Below are positions 1 through 9,987 of a stretch of 64,000 bases of DNA, one piece after another. The stretch is from positions 868,001 through 932,000 of the forward strand of contig JAUFOR010000004.1 of NCBI GenBank assembly GCA_040285745.1, written 5' to 3'. Made by a program: the position numbers and the translations under genes. The DNA is from Barthelona sp. PCE (Eukaryota). The notes under the pieces were generated by a model, which saw only the letters and a program-made list of their open reading frames with translations, had not been told where the DNA came from and did not search any database. The first letter of the stretch is position 1, and each line of letters begins with the position of its first letter.

Positions 1-227
1 CCACTTGTCTACATTACGAGGCTTAAATGATGTTATTACAAAGTCCACCACAGCATTGATAAAAGGATCAAAAAGTGCTTCCAGTTAATATTTGGAAATA
101 AAATACTAGTGTCTGTCAAAGATTGTTGTAATCAACAAAACAACGCCACATAATGTGATTCATACATGAAAGGTCTGCTTCCAGAAGAATATTATGGTCA
201 ATTTTGTATTTACTAGAAGTGGAAATA

Positions 228-665
228 TTACTGTTCCCAGAGGCTGAGCTTGGTTACTTCATCGTAATGACGGGTTAATTCAAAGGGTTCACCGTCCATA
301 TCAGTGAATTCCTCAATTATACATTCACAAGCAAAGATAATGGTATTTGGGCCGACATGACCACCGTAACACACCTCGTGCTCGTCAGAAAACGTACCGT
401 GAATGTGAACAAAGCGTTTTCCTTCAAGATGTGAAACATTTCCAATTACGTGGACAAGCTCAAGCTTCTTATCAACTTCAGTGGTTGCATACTGTTTATC
501 GTTCTGATCATAAAACATTAAACTCACCTTTTGAACAGCTCCAATACAGTTGATCTTTGCACAGTTGATTTCGTGCTCATTGACAAAATTAGTGAGAAAT
601 TCCAACATGTCAGCACCGTGTGGAATACGGCCAATAAAATTTCTGCCCTTTTGAACTTGTTTCAT
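228..665 (-). CDS. PPC/DUF296 domain protein, stand-alone prokaryote-like type
   Basis: Motifs GRIPHGADM, CIGAV, ELVHVIGNV and HIHGTFSD...GGHV. Start placed at the first ATG (MKQVQ, 665). Confidence 0.85.
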   Translation of the reverse strand: MKQVQKGRNFIGRIPHGADMLEFLTNFVNEHEINCAKINCIGAVQKVSLMFYDQNDKQYATTEVDKKLELVHVIGNVSHLEGKRFVHIHGTFSDEHEVCYGGHVGPNTIIFACECIIEEFTDMDGEPFELTRHYDEVTKLSLWEQ

Positions 666-813
666 CGAAAAACTTGATGATGTAGGTAATAAGAGTATAA
701 ACAAAATATACTCATCTTAATATCATTTACAGAACAATTCAATCCAGTACGATCTGCAAAAAAAGCAAATAAGTGTTTACCGAATTGTTACCCTTTTCAG
801 GCCAGATTCTCAA

Positions 814-2064
814 ATGGGTTTATCAATCAAAAAGTATATCCTCATGCTTTTAGGCGTGATTTGTATGATCTTTTACTACCTCCACTACTCTACTGTAGGG
901 TTTTCTGGGAAAACGCATATTTATATTCATTTCGAGGATAGATGTTACGAATGTGACAGTTTAACAGCATTCTTTGCTGCCCTAGAGTATGATGAGTCGC
1001 TTGTTTTCCACTATATTAATGAAACAGCCAACTCAAATCAACTTTCATACCTTGCACAAAAAACTTTCCAAAACTACGATGACACGAAGGCCCCCTTCAT
1101 ATCCATCGGCGACAGCTATTTCAATCGGTACGATGCCATCATGAGCACAGGATCTTTCCGTTTTTGGGATGCCATTGCTTATTATAACGGTCGATCTGAG
1201 CTTGATTTCACCGAAAGGCCGAACAGAGACCCACGCCTTGTGCCCTACGATGATCTAACAAACCATAGATACACTTTATTTGTTATACTCGTTATGTCAA
1301 CAATCTTCCTTGCTCCAGATCTGTTACTGGTCATGAACAACATATTCAAGGCAGCAGCTAGCACCCAGTTCTACAAGATGGTCCGCTTCAACACCCTTCT
1401 GTTCGCAACTTACGTTCTGAGCAGCGTCTTAATAGGGTACTTTCTAATGTATACGGCTACAACAATAGGATTTTTGCACTTTATCTCTCGATTTATTCCT
1501 GAGACAATGACGATCCTCTCTTTTGTGTACGTTGTGCAAGGATTCACGGGCTGCCCTACACTGGGAGCTCTTGCAGAGTATGTTGAAAAATCGAAACTTT
1601 CATGGTTAGGTGCTGTTAAATACGGTGTGCTCCTTTCTGTTTCTCTTCCAATCCTATCTGTCTTCTTCCTCATCCAAGCTCCATTCATCACAATGTCTTT
1701 ATTTGAGAAACGAGGCGCTTGGCTGTTCATCATAACTGTTATGGGACCCATGTTTGCTCTGTACATAACAAGCTTCTTCTTGTTCAATTTTAACTTCGCA
1801 CCATTCCGTACTGAAGAGATGTATGAAGCCATTGATGAGAAGGATGATGAAGGTGAGGATATTAAAAAGGTGAATGATGAAAAAACTGAAACATTAACTT
1901 TCAAGAGCTTCCCTGACTTTATTAAGAAATATTCTGTCCTTATTAGTGTCGTTAGAGCTACAGTTATGGTTGTAGCTATGGTTTTCTTAAAACACAAAAT
2001 TATTGACACCAGATCATTATTTAACTCTCCTAAAGCACTCCTATTTGGCAAATGGGAGATTTAG
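814..2064 (+). CDS. Membrane protein: N-terminal anchor, thioredoxin/glutaredoxin-like CxxC domain, then a multi-TM (CcdA/DsbD-like?) domain
   Basis: 416-aa ORF with HFEDRCYEC, a downstream APFISIG (cis-Pro-like) motif and about 6-7 hydrophobic helices. Confidence 0.55.
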   Translation: MGLSIKKYILMLLGVICMIFYYLHYSTVGFSGKTHIYIHFEDRCYECDSLTAFFAALEYDESLVFHYINETANSNQLSYLAQKTFQNYDDTKAPFISIGDSYFNRYDAIMSTGSFRFWDAIAYYNGRSELDFTERPNRDPRLVPYDDLTNHRYTLFVILVMSTIFLAPDLLLVMNNIFKAAASTQFYKMVRFNTLLFATYVLSSVLIGYFLMYTATTIGFLHFISRFIPETMTILSFVYVVQGFTGCPTLGALAEYVEKSKLSWLGAVKYGVLLSVSLPILSVFFLIQAPFITMSLFEKRGAWLFIITVMGPMFALYITSFFLFNFNFAPFRTEEMYEAIDEKDDEGEDIKKVNDEKTETLTFKSFPDFIKKYSVLISVVRATVMVVAMVFLKHKIIDTRSLFNSPKALLFGKWEI

Positions 2065-2128
2065 ACATATGTAAATAACTCTATCGTTAACTTGAGCAGT
2101 TTTTTTTTGAAACCCTGTTTTCAGAAAA

Positions 2129-4393
2129 ATGTCCTTTTCCTGGGGTATCAAACTTCCGTTTACATATGAATCCCGATTCATACCATACTTAAAGCGCGAA
2201 AAGCATGTTAAACTTAGGAAAGAAGCAAGTAGAAACATATCGAAAAAAAGTAACTTCTCTTTCTTTAGTATTAAATCTAAACTTAGTCATTTATTATGTA
2301 GAATGGAATCTTTTAAGTGTGATTTTCCTGTTATAAAACTTTCAAACGGTCATCCCAACAGAGTTCCCAAAAAACTATTCTCCTACTATTCTCCTCTCAT
2401 AATACCAAAAAAAATGCCGCTTTTTGCTCAAAATGAGAGGTTTAGGTATTTAAAAACAATTTTTAAACTGCAAAAAAATGATACTCCAACCATTTTCAAA
2501 AAAGTATCAAAAAAATCTAACCATAAACTCTTGCCCATACTTCAATCAATCTTGAACGTGCCTGTTATACATCAAAAAGTGGGTGTGTATCAAGAAAAAC
2601 CAGAAAATTCATCATGCTTTGTTCCAAACATTCATCGTTGGAGAAAAAGAATGAAGGGAATCTGCGTCTCTCCCTTAAACACCATCAGGAAACCCTTAAC
2701 AGACATGTTCTCTGTCTCACAGTGCTTTACCATTGCAAGAGCAAAGATAAAGCGTATTAAACGTTTCAGATGCCCTGAATACAAATTCACAACATACTAT
2801 AGCAGAAACAGAGAGCAGCGTGCCTCTCTTCCATCATGTGATTTGAGAATCGATATCAACCACGTTTCACCAAGGAAAACTGCACGCGAACCCTTTTTTG
2901 CACATGAGATCAAAATCATTCAGAAAAAGCTTGAATCTCCACTACAGCATGATGTGCCACAAACGCCCACCCCATTAACTAGTTACACACATATGAATGC
3001 ATCAGAAATAGTTCATCCCGTGTCAGAACAGACAACTGACGTATCCACTGCATTTGACATTGAAATTGCGGAGTTTGTGATGCAGCTGCAAAACACATCG
3101 TTGTTGTCGGTCGAAGAAAAGCGAGTTAAGTTCATGCACTTATCAACAACCGCTCCGCGCATCCTCCCTACACCAAACTTGCCCTGTATGGACAAGCAAT
3201 CGGGCGAGATTGTGATCTTGGAACCCGGGTACTCTATGTTCAGCTACGTATACTCTCGGAACGCACACGTTATCAGCGACTTCAAGCACGCAACAGCCGT
3301 AAACGCCATTATCAAAACACCAAATACAAATATTGTGCTGTATCCAAACGACATACGCTCTGCTCTTCAGCAACCGAACCTTGTCATCAGCGTTAATCAA
3401 TTCCGCGACAACATATCCTATATCTTAGGCTGCGGAAAGCCGATTGTTTTTGTTTCCGGTGCTTCCGCGATACCCACACTTGTAACCCTCAGGTACAACA
3501 CTGGTCCCGCGTATCAGAGAATGGCCAAACTCATACGCAGTTGGAACTCTGTACTCGAGCGATCCCAGGCGTCGTTTTCGAACAGCAAAAGCGTACAGAA
3601 CATGACTGCGCTCCTTGAGGTTATTAAAAGAATCCAACATCAATATATTATGTGCGGGCCTGAAACAGCACTAATCGTGATACAAACGATGTACAACAAG
3701 ATGCTACGCACGTCACTTCAGTTGAAACAAATTCTGAACATGCTGAAGGACGAGAGAACCAGTTTGCCACTCTTGCTAAAGGAGATGGGACAAAAAATCA
3801 ACGGAAGAGTCCGTGTAAGGGCGCAGACGGCCGCTCAGGCGTCATTCCTCATGGGAAAGGGCATACAAGCAAGCCATGATAGGTTAACTGATAATAGAGC
3901 TGGTGACTACAGTGCCATCGTCTGGATTAACGAGATAGACCCGATTGAGCTGTTGCTGTTCATCGACAGGCCCCACTGTCTTGCCATTGTTGAGATCACA
4001 ACAGTTTGTAATCAGCTGAACCTTGAGCTTGAACCGAATCCGTCTCTTACAGACTCGAAAAACGGAGCTGTACGTACGTTCCGCACGTTCAACGAGATGC
4101 AGACATCCTTTCGCAGACTCTCTGAACTCAGCAAAACCAATCAACTTACAACAGAATTGGTTCAAATATCGTTCAAGAAACGTTTATCCAACTCAAATGA
4201 GTTTGAGCCGCCCCTCAAAGAGAATCGACCGAGCACACCCAAGAGCTCGCTGTTGTCTTTCTCAACAATAGATCTCGGAATGAATAGATTGCATCAATAC
4301 GGAATGTTTGGCAACAATCAAGCACCCTACACAACACTGCCCAATCAAGTATACCACACAAGCCCTATGGCAATCAATACATCTCCCTATTAG
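2129..4393 (+). CDS. Hypothetical protein with basic, low-complexity N-terminus; true start uncertain
   Basis: 754-aa ORF; AGTAAA directly after the stop; no family recognised. Confidence 0.7.
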   Translation: MSFSWGIKLPFTYESRFIPYLKREKHVKLRKEASRNISKKSNFSFFSIKSKLSHLLCRMESFKCDFPVIKLSNGHPNRVPKKLFSYYSPLIIPKKMPLFAQNERFRYLKTIFKLQKNDTPTIFKKVSKKSNHKLLPILQSILNVPVIHQKVGVYQEKPENSSCFVPNIHRWRKRMKGICVSPLNTIRKPLTDMFSVSQCFTIARAKIKRIKRFRCPEYKFTTYYSRNREQRASLPSCDLRIDINHVSPRKTAREPFFAHEIKIIQKKLESPLQHDVPQTPTPLTSYTHMNASEIVHPVSEQTTDVSTAFDIEIAEFVMQLQNTSLLSVEEKRVKFMHLSTTAPRILPTPNLPCMDKQSGEIVILEPGYSMFSYVYSRNAHVISDFKHATAVNAIIKTPNTNIVLYPNDIRSALQQPNLVISVNQFRDNISYILGCGKPIVFVSGASAIPTLVTLRYNTGPAYQRMAKLIRSWNSVLERSQASFSNSKSVQNMTALLEVIKRIQHQYIMCGPETALIVIQTMYNKMLRTSLQLKQILNMLKDERTSLPLLLKEMGQKINGRVRVRAQTAAQASFLMGKGIQASHDRLTDNRAGDYSAIVWINEIDPIELLLFIDRPHCLAIVEITTVCNQLNLELEPNPSLTDSKNGAVRTFRTFNEMQTSFRRLSELSKTNQLTTELVQISFKKRLSNSNEFEPPLKENRPSTPKSSLLSFSTIDLGMNRLHQYGMFGNNQAPYTTLPNQVYHTSPMAINTSPY

Positions 4394-4445
4394 AGTAAAA
4401 AATTCAATAGCATTGAATATCTCCCCTTTCAAACTGGTGTTCATA

Positions 4446-6128
4446 ATGAAATATCCAGAACCGGATCCGAATATCCCTATTGATGACGAATTTGTTCATG
4501 ATGATGAACATTTCTACTACACGAATGGGCTTCGCTTTACAAAACCATATAATTACAGTTTTGACACCCACACGAAGGCCAGATGGTTTGGGAAGACCAT
4601 TGAACAGTTATGTGAGTCTGAATTCTCGAACATTGACGATATTTCTTTAGCGTTCGATCGACAACTTATTCGCATGAATGGTGAAGTTGCTGATCGAAAA
4701 CACGTTCTGAAACATGGAGACTTCATTCAAATCACTTCAAGACGAACGGAGGCTCCGTGTTTAGCTGGCATAGAGCCCAAAATCATTGGTGAGAGTCAGA
4801 ACGTCATTGGTGTTTACAAACCATCGTCAATCCCGTGCCATCCCGGTTCCTTCTTCTATAAGAATACCCTACTTGCCTTTCTGAAGAAGGAACTTGTCAG
4901 CGAGCAATACACTTTCGAGAAAGCACACTTCCTCAACAGGTTAGATAAGGTAACGTCGGGTGTCGTCCTCCTGGGTAAGAACAAAAGTGGTGCGCAGGTC
5001 GTTACCGAGTACCACGAAAGCCATCAACTTCTAAAGTGTTATCTGGCCCTCGTTGAAGGAGATTTTCCTGAAGGGTGCTTTATGGTAGATGCCCCAATCA
5101 TAACAGACATGGGCAACAGACGTGTACACGAAGACGGCGCTCCGTCAATGACCGTTTTCGAGAAGGTCAAGTCGTTCGAGAGTTTTGGTAACGAGTATCT
5201 CGCAGGTGTTCAGGGATTGTACGGCATGGGCAACACTGGTCCAAGCCAAACCGTTCTTGAGGGTACAGCGTTCAACGGTGGGTACAGACACATTGACTAC
5301 AGCAAGTTTGGTACCGAACCGTCACCGTTGCACACTGAATTCGAGAAATGCACATCTCCCATTTCGCTAATCAAATGTTGGCCGATCACCGGGCGCTGCC
5401 ACCAGATCCGCATCCACCTTAAGCACATTGGACACCCCATCCTCAATGACCAATTGTACAATCAGCGCGTCGAATCTGAGTACTCCCCGCGGAACTGGAT
5501 GTTCATCTATCTACACTCCCTTGCGTACATGCACTGGGACACGTCCGATGAGCAGCTGGACGATATCATGAATGAGATCGAAGAGAATCCCGACAAACCG
5601 GTTGTTGATGAGTCCCGATTCTGCTTTTTGGGACCGCTTCCATACTGGCTTATGATGCGTGGTATCACTTCCTATCGCGACCTCGGATCTCTTAAGCCCG
5701 ATGCTGAGCTGTGCAATGAGGCAAAAGAGGCTGTTCTAAAAGCCGAGCTGGCATCAAAAGAGGCTGAACTGAAAGTTCTAAGAATGCGCAAACGTAGCAG
5801 AGCACTCCATATGCTCAGGCGGACGCTTCAAAATCAGACGATCAGTGAGAAGAACAAAGCTTTTCTTGAGAGGTATTCGCGTGATCACCAAGAACTGTTT
5901 GATCTTTACAAGAAGGGCCATCGATTCAGAGATTTAGATGGTGGATTTATAACACAGATACCTGGTGTGCCTGAGGGACCAATCGTGGATGATGACTTTG
6001 GCATTGACCTGACCATCACATTAAACACGTACGAGAACAAACGCAGACAGCAAAAACAGAGAAGAGAAAGGAAAAAGAAAAATACCATCAAAATCACTTT
6101 AGAACATTCGGAGACAACCGATGAATAG
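4446..6128 (+). CDS. RluA-family pseudouridine synthase (RPUSD2/Rib2/Pus9-like) with S4-like domain
   Basis: KPSSIPCHP, catalytic LNRLDKVTSG, PITGRCHQIRIHL..IGHPILND.LY and YLHS motifs. First ATG at 4446. Confidence 0.92.
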   Translation: MKYPEPDPNIPIDDEFVHDDEHFYYTNGLRFTKPYNYSFDTHTKARWFGKTIEQLCESEFSNIDDISLAFDRQLIRMNGEVADRKHVLKHGDFIQITSRRTEAPCLAGIEPKIIGESQNVIGVYKPSSIPCHPGSFFYKNTLLAFLKKELVSEQYTFEKAHFLNRLDKVTSGVVLLGKNKSGAQVVTEYHESHQLLKCYLALVEGDFPEGCFMVDAPIITDMGNRRVHEDGAPSMTVFEKVKSFESFGNEYLAGVQGLYGMGNTGPSQTVLEGTAFNGGYRHIDYSKFGTEPSPLHTEFEKCTSPISLIKCWPITGRCHQIRIHLKHIGHPILNDQLYNQRVESEYSPRNWMFIYLHSLAYMHWDTSDEQLDDIMNEIEENPDKPVVDESRFCFLGPLPYWLMMRGITSYRDLGSLKPDAELCNEAKEAVLKAELASKEAELKVLRMRKRSRALHMLRRTLQNQTISEKNKAFLERYSRDHQELFDLYKKGHRFRDLDGGFITQIPGVPEGPIVDDDFGIDLTITLNTYENKRRQQKQRRERKKKNTIKITLEHSETTDE

Positions 6129-6582
6129 TAAAAAACTCGCTATTTGACAGTACAATAATTAGGGTCTTTGCCTCAGATAGCGTAGCTCGTGCAAAACGAA
6201 CAATGTCGAAAAAACGGAAGGAAGACTGCGAAAGGAACTTTATAAGGAACTGACCGTGAAAAGCTGTGACGTTTCTCGGATACGCAACATAATCAAACCC
6301 CTTTGTATTAGCAGCACCGATCTTATAATTCATATTGATGAGAGTCTCCAAAACAGGGGGAAGTTCTGGGTATTGAAGCCTCCCAGATGCTGTTCGTGAC
6401 CTCAAAGGCTTTGCTATCTGCGGGAAGATGCACGGAAATGCACTGGGTTTGATAACAGTCCGTAAAGATGAAGTTGTCCCTACAAAATGCCCCATAAATC
6501 CTTCTTCAGTTGCTTCATTGTACTCATCTCGTGTGTATGCAATTTTCCTAAAGAAAAAAGGTAATTTGTAGTTCTTTTTCAT
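6094..6582 (-). CDS. TSEN34: tRNA-splicing endonuclease catalytic subunit, Sen34-like
   Basis: KGFDYVAYPRNVTAFHGQF...RFARATLSEAKTLII matches the G.DY.vYP.dp..fHs.f...r.a....K pattern; the Tyr/His/Lys triad is present. Confidence 0.75.
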   Translation of the reverse strand: MKKNYKLPFFFRKIAYTRDEYNEATEEGFMGHFVGTTSSLRTVIKPSAFPCIFPQIAKPLRSRTASGRLQYPELPPVLETLINMNYKIGAANTKGFDYVAYPRNVTAFHGQFLIKFLSQSSFRFFDIVRFARATLSEAKTLIIVLSNSEFFTIHRLSPNVLK

Positions 6583-6654
6583 TAAGAAAGTAAGAAATTC
6601 ACAAATGTATTTATTCAATGTTCGACAACTTAATTGAACCAAGAAGGAACATTT

Positions 6655-7581
6655 TCACAAGCATAGATCGCATACCTGCTGAATATTATGCTGCATTGCT
6701 AACGTTTCGAAAAGCATTTCATGTGTATGATACAGATGATGTAAGAAAGCTCCACCATGTTCCTTGGCGCAGGTTGGGCAGCTGCACTCCCTGATTGCGG
6801 GTAATTTGTCCATATTAGAGAGTGTGTAAACCGAAATTTCTTCTGCACCACACAATATCATTCCCTTACGCATTTGCTCTGATGGATCGACCACGAAAGT
6901 GTTAAACCCTGCCGCAATGAGGCGGGGTAGTCTGGAGGGTGGGCACGTACCTGGGTAAAAGAGAAGCGTGTCTGGGTACTGTCCAACAAATTCCTTCAAC
7001 CTCTCAAAAAGTTCACACGCTGCATCCACCGACTCTGTGTAGTTGAGGGTGCTGAAAGAGAAGCCTGCAACGCCTGAAACATCATGATCAACCAAAATCC
7101 GACAGGCAGTCGATATACTTTGCTCATGGTCGATGCAATTCAATGGAACAATCAATCTCTCCTTATCAAACGAGTCCATGCAGAACTTCAGCCAATGAGC
7201 ATTGAATACATGTGCTTTTGAGAAGGATTTCGCAACAGCTACGCTCTGACATGGTACTTCAATGTATCTGGGATTAAAAGCATCGACAATGCTCTTAAAC
7301 ATGTCGCAGTCAACAACCTTCTGTCCCACTAACGTGTTCAATTTTAGTTTGTTCTGCTTATTCGTTCTCTTAACAAAGGACCAATGTTTTGAGCTTCTGA
7401 CCGTTAAAATATAAGGGCGGTGTGAAAGGGGAAAGTCTTTACCAAACTTAATGCTGGGAATTCGCTCCTTAAGTGCAATTAAATCACCTAAATATACAGA
7501 TCGTAACCCCGTGTCTATTTCCTCGCTGGGAAGAATGCTGGGAAGAAGCCCGGCGTTGGTTTCGAACGCTAATTCAACCAT
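6655..7581 (-). CDS. QTRT2: Queuine tRNA-ribosyltransferase accessory subunit
   Basis: N-terminal TNAGLLP; C-terminal zinc site CSCPTC...FLHHLYHTHEML..TL..QHN; no DSGG catalytic motif. Confidence 0.85.
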   Translation of the reverse strand: MVELAFETNAGLLPSILPSEEIDTGLRSVYLGDLIALKERIPSIKFGKDFPLSHRPYILTVRSSKHWSFVKRTNKQNKLKLNTLVGQKVVDCDMFKSIVDAFNPRYIEVPCQSVAVAKSFSKAHVFNAHWLKFCMDSFDKERLIVPLNCIDHEQSISTACRILVDHDVSGVAGFSFSTLNYTESVDAACELFERLKEFVGQYPDTLLFYPGTCPPSRLPRLIAAGFNTFVVDPSEQMRKGMILCGAEEISVYTLSNMDKLPAIRECSCPTCAKEHGGAFLHHLYHTHEMLFETLAMQHNIQQVCDLCL

Positions 7582-7637
7582 CAATAAAAAGAAAAGGGAG
7601 AAAAAACAACTCACAATTTACACATACACTGGCTTCT

Positions 7638-9866
7638 TTAACCAAACAGCTCGCCACTTTCAGACAGTCCTTCGTCCCTCTCGTGTGGTTCAATGGGTGC
7701 AGCCAAGACCTCACCAGTCTCCACAAACTCACCATAATTCTCAATATCTTCTTCTAACTGTCTCTTAAGGTCCTCAATAGCAACTCCGAAGAGCTCGCCA
7801 CTCTCAAAACCGCTGCTTTCCTCGTTAATTCCCATGAAGCGAGGGAAAGCATTTTGGGTTTCAGCACAGCGGTGCTCAGTAACCTGAACCTCTGTCTCAG
7901 CCGTTTCCGGCTTCATTTCTAGCGTCTTGCGCACCTCGGTTGCCGTGGGCTGAATAGAAGATTGTTCGACCGCATTGAGTGTATCGACTGTAGGAGTCAT
8001 TTCGGTTCCCTGACCCACTGACTTGAAAAGAGGAGAACCACCAAACTCGGTCATGTCCGCCTCAAACTGCACGTCCTTTGATGCAACTTGCTTGTCCATC
8101 TGTATCTCGGCATCGCAAAGTGAAACCTCAGCTTGAATTGAGTGCTCCACCATCTCCTTTGTAATGTCCTCTGCCGTCCTCTGGGTGCCAACGGAATACC
8201 TGACGTCGTGTCCACGGTGCTGCGGCTGTTGGGGTGAGGGATATCGCTCAACTGCAATAACATGGTGCGGCTGTACAATTTCATTGATTGTGACCTTGGG
8301 TTCTATTCTTGGAGTTTGTGCTGGGCGAACAGCTGTGCTCAGTTGTTTCTCAACGTCTACTGGCGATAGATTAAGGAAGGAAGCAAATTTTGCTGAAAAT
8401 GAATCATCCACTGCAGTTTTCACCGAAGATGGAATAAACTGCACAGTTGATCTCTTTTGTGGTTCAGGTACCGGTACAGTTCTGACCTTCTCTGGTTCGA
8501 TGCTCACTCTTTCCGACTTCCTTTCTTCTTCAGTGCTCATTGTGCGCATTTGAGCCATCACTGCATCAAGACGCGTCGCAACAACAGACTGTGCTTCCTG
8601 CTGCACCATCTTACGTGTCATCTCTCTATCAAGCGCGTTACTACGCCTCTCGCTATTGGATATTACCTCGGTCATCTTGTCCAATGTGGCAGTAAATTTG
8701 TCAAAAACAAAAGTCATCTCTGCTGAGATGTGCTGCTGCACAGGCTCAAAGACTTGCCTTTCGACTGTCTTCTCGGGCGCCTTACGCGTCAAGTCAATGC
8801 TCTCAGCTGGATCATCGTAAGCTGGAGGTGTCTCTCTATGTCTTCTTACATTGGGAACAACACGCTCAACACGCTTAATTGGCATGATTGCCTCGCTCTT
8901 CAGGCTTATTATGGGCTCTGGTTGAGAAAATGAAGGTTCCCAACCGTATTTAACAAGTGTGTGTGCAAGGAGTTCCTCAACGGTGACTAACTTTGGCTTC
9001 TTCAGATCAAGGTTCTTCTGAGGCTTCTTCTTCCTTCCTCTCCTCTTTTTAGACCGTAGCGCGGCTAAACCCTGCTTGAAAACTCCATCAACAAGCGATG
9101 GAAGGTAAGGAAGATGATCCACAACACTTGGGAACAACTGCTTGTAGACCATGTCCTCTCCACCCTCAATGTCCTCGGGTATTGCTGGAGGGACGACGGA
9201 GAACTCTGGAGTGTCCAGCCAATTGGCAGTCTGATCAGCCACAAACTCGAACTTCGGGATCGGCTCCACCCATCTGTCCTTCATCTTCGCAGTACATGCA
9301 ATCGTGGGCAGTGGTCTGGCGAATGCAATGGGTGTGTCAGGAGTGATCACCGAGAAACTATCAAAGGATAATTCGGTGTTTGGGATTGATTGCTTTACCT
9401 CTATCCTCTTGAACTCATGTTCTAAATCTGTCTGCTTGTTGTGCAACTCAGCCAGTGAGATGTTATCGTTGTTATTCATTCGAGAGCCGATTGTGCTGAC
9501 GCTAACAACAGAACTATCGTCTGTGAAGCTTTGTGAGATAATAGAGTTCTCGGTTTCAATTTGATTGATGTGTTTTTGCAACTTCTCTGCCTTGTGAATA
9601 CCGGATTCAGTCATCTGACGATGCTTATTCATCAACCGTTTTTTTTCTTCCTGCTCTAAAAGCATGCGTCTTTTCTCTGCGGCTTTATGACGGTCCTCGA
9701 GCTTTTTCTTTTGCCTCTGTGAACGCAAACGCCGTCTTTTCTCAACTATTTCTGCGCGGGTTTCGACCTTCCTCTTGATAGCTTCGTGTGCCTCTTTAGC
9801 CTCCTCGTTAACGCTTATCTTCATCTGCACAGGATGAATATCACGCTTATTCCCCACTATTGACAT
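7638..9866 (-). CDS. Hypothetical coiled-coil/disordered protein with clustered TQT-like motifs
   Basis: About 740-aa ORF; charged coiled-coil N-terminus; C-terminal xxQx and ESGELF repeats. Confidence 0.75.
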   Translation of the reverse strand: MSIVGNKRDIHPVQMKISVNEEAKEAHEAIKRKVETRAEIVEKRRRLRSQRQKKKLEDRHKAAEKRRMLLEQEEKKRLMNKHRQMTESGIHKAEKLQKHINQIETENSIISQSFTDDSSVVSVSTIGSRMNNNDNISLAELHNKQTDLEHEFKRIEVKQSIPNTELSFDSFSVITPDTPIAFARPLPTIACTAKMKDRWVEPIPKFEFVADQTANWLDTPEFSVVPPAIPEDIEGGEDMVYKQLFPSVVDHLPYLPSLVDGVFKQGLAALRSKKRRGRKKKPQKNLDLKKPKLVTVEELLAHTLVKYGWEPSFSQPEPIISLKSEAIMPIKRVERVVPNVRRHRETPPAYDDPAESIDLTRKAPEKTVERQVFEPVQQHISAEMTFVFDKFTATLDKMTEVISNSERRSNALDREMTRKMVQQEAQSVVATRLDAVMAQMRTMSTEEERKSERVSIEPEKVRTVPVPEPQKRSTVQFIPSSVKTAVDDSFSAKFASFLNLSPVDVEKQLSTAVRPAQTPRIEPKVTINEIVQPHHVIAVERYPSPQQPQHRGHDVRYSVGTQRTAEDITKEMVEHSIQAEVSLCDAEIQMDKQVASKDVQFEADMTEFGGSPLFKSVGQGTEMTPTVDTLNAVEQSSIQPTATEVRKTLEMKPETAETEVQVTEHRCAETQNAFPRFMGINEESSGFESGELFGVAIEDLKRQLEEDIENYGEFVETGEVLAAPIEPHERDEGLSESGELFG

Positions 9867-9987
9867 GATTATTGTAGTAAAACAGAAAACATCCATAGTA
9901 TCTCAAAAGAACACTTTTCAGGTTGTCACATGGACCGCAGAATCTAACTATTCCCTCTTAAGTGCTTTAAAAATTTATAAACACAAT

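Noticed and set aside
1-200. Possible gene end or GTATGA intron, and a short imperfect direct repeat (TGCTTCCAG...AATATT) at the window start
   Set aside because: No consistent start codon or frame could be built; too little context.
1410-2051. 213-aa antisense ORF and the many other short nested ORFs
   Set aside because: They lie wholly within longer, better-supported genes and show no motifs.
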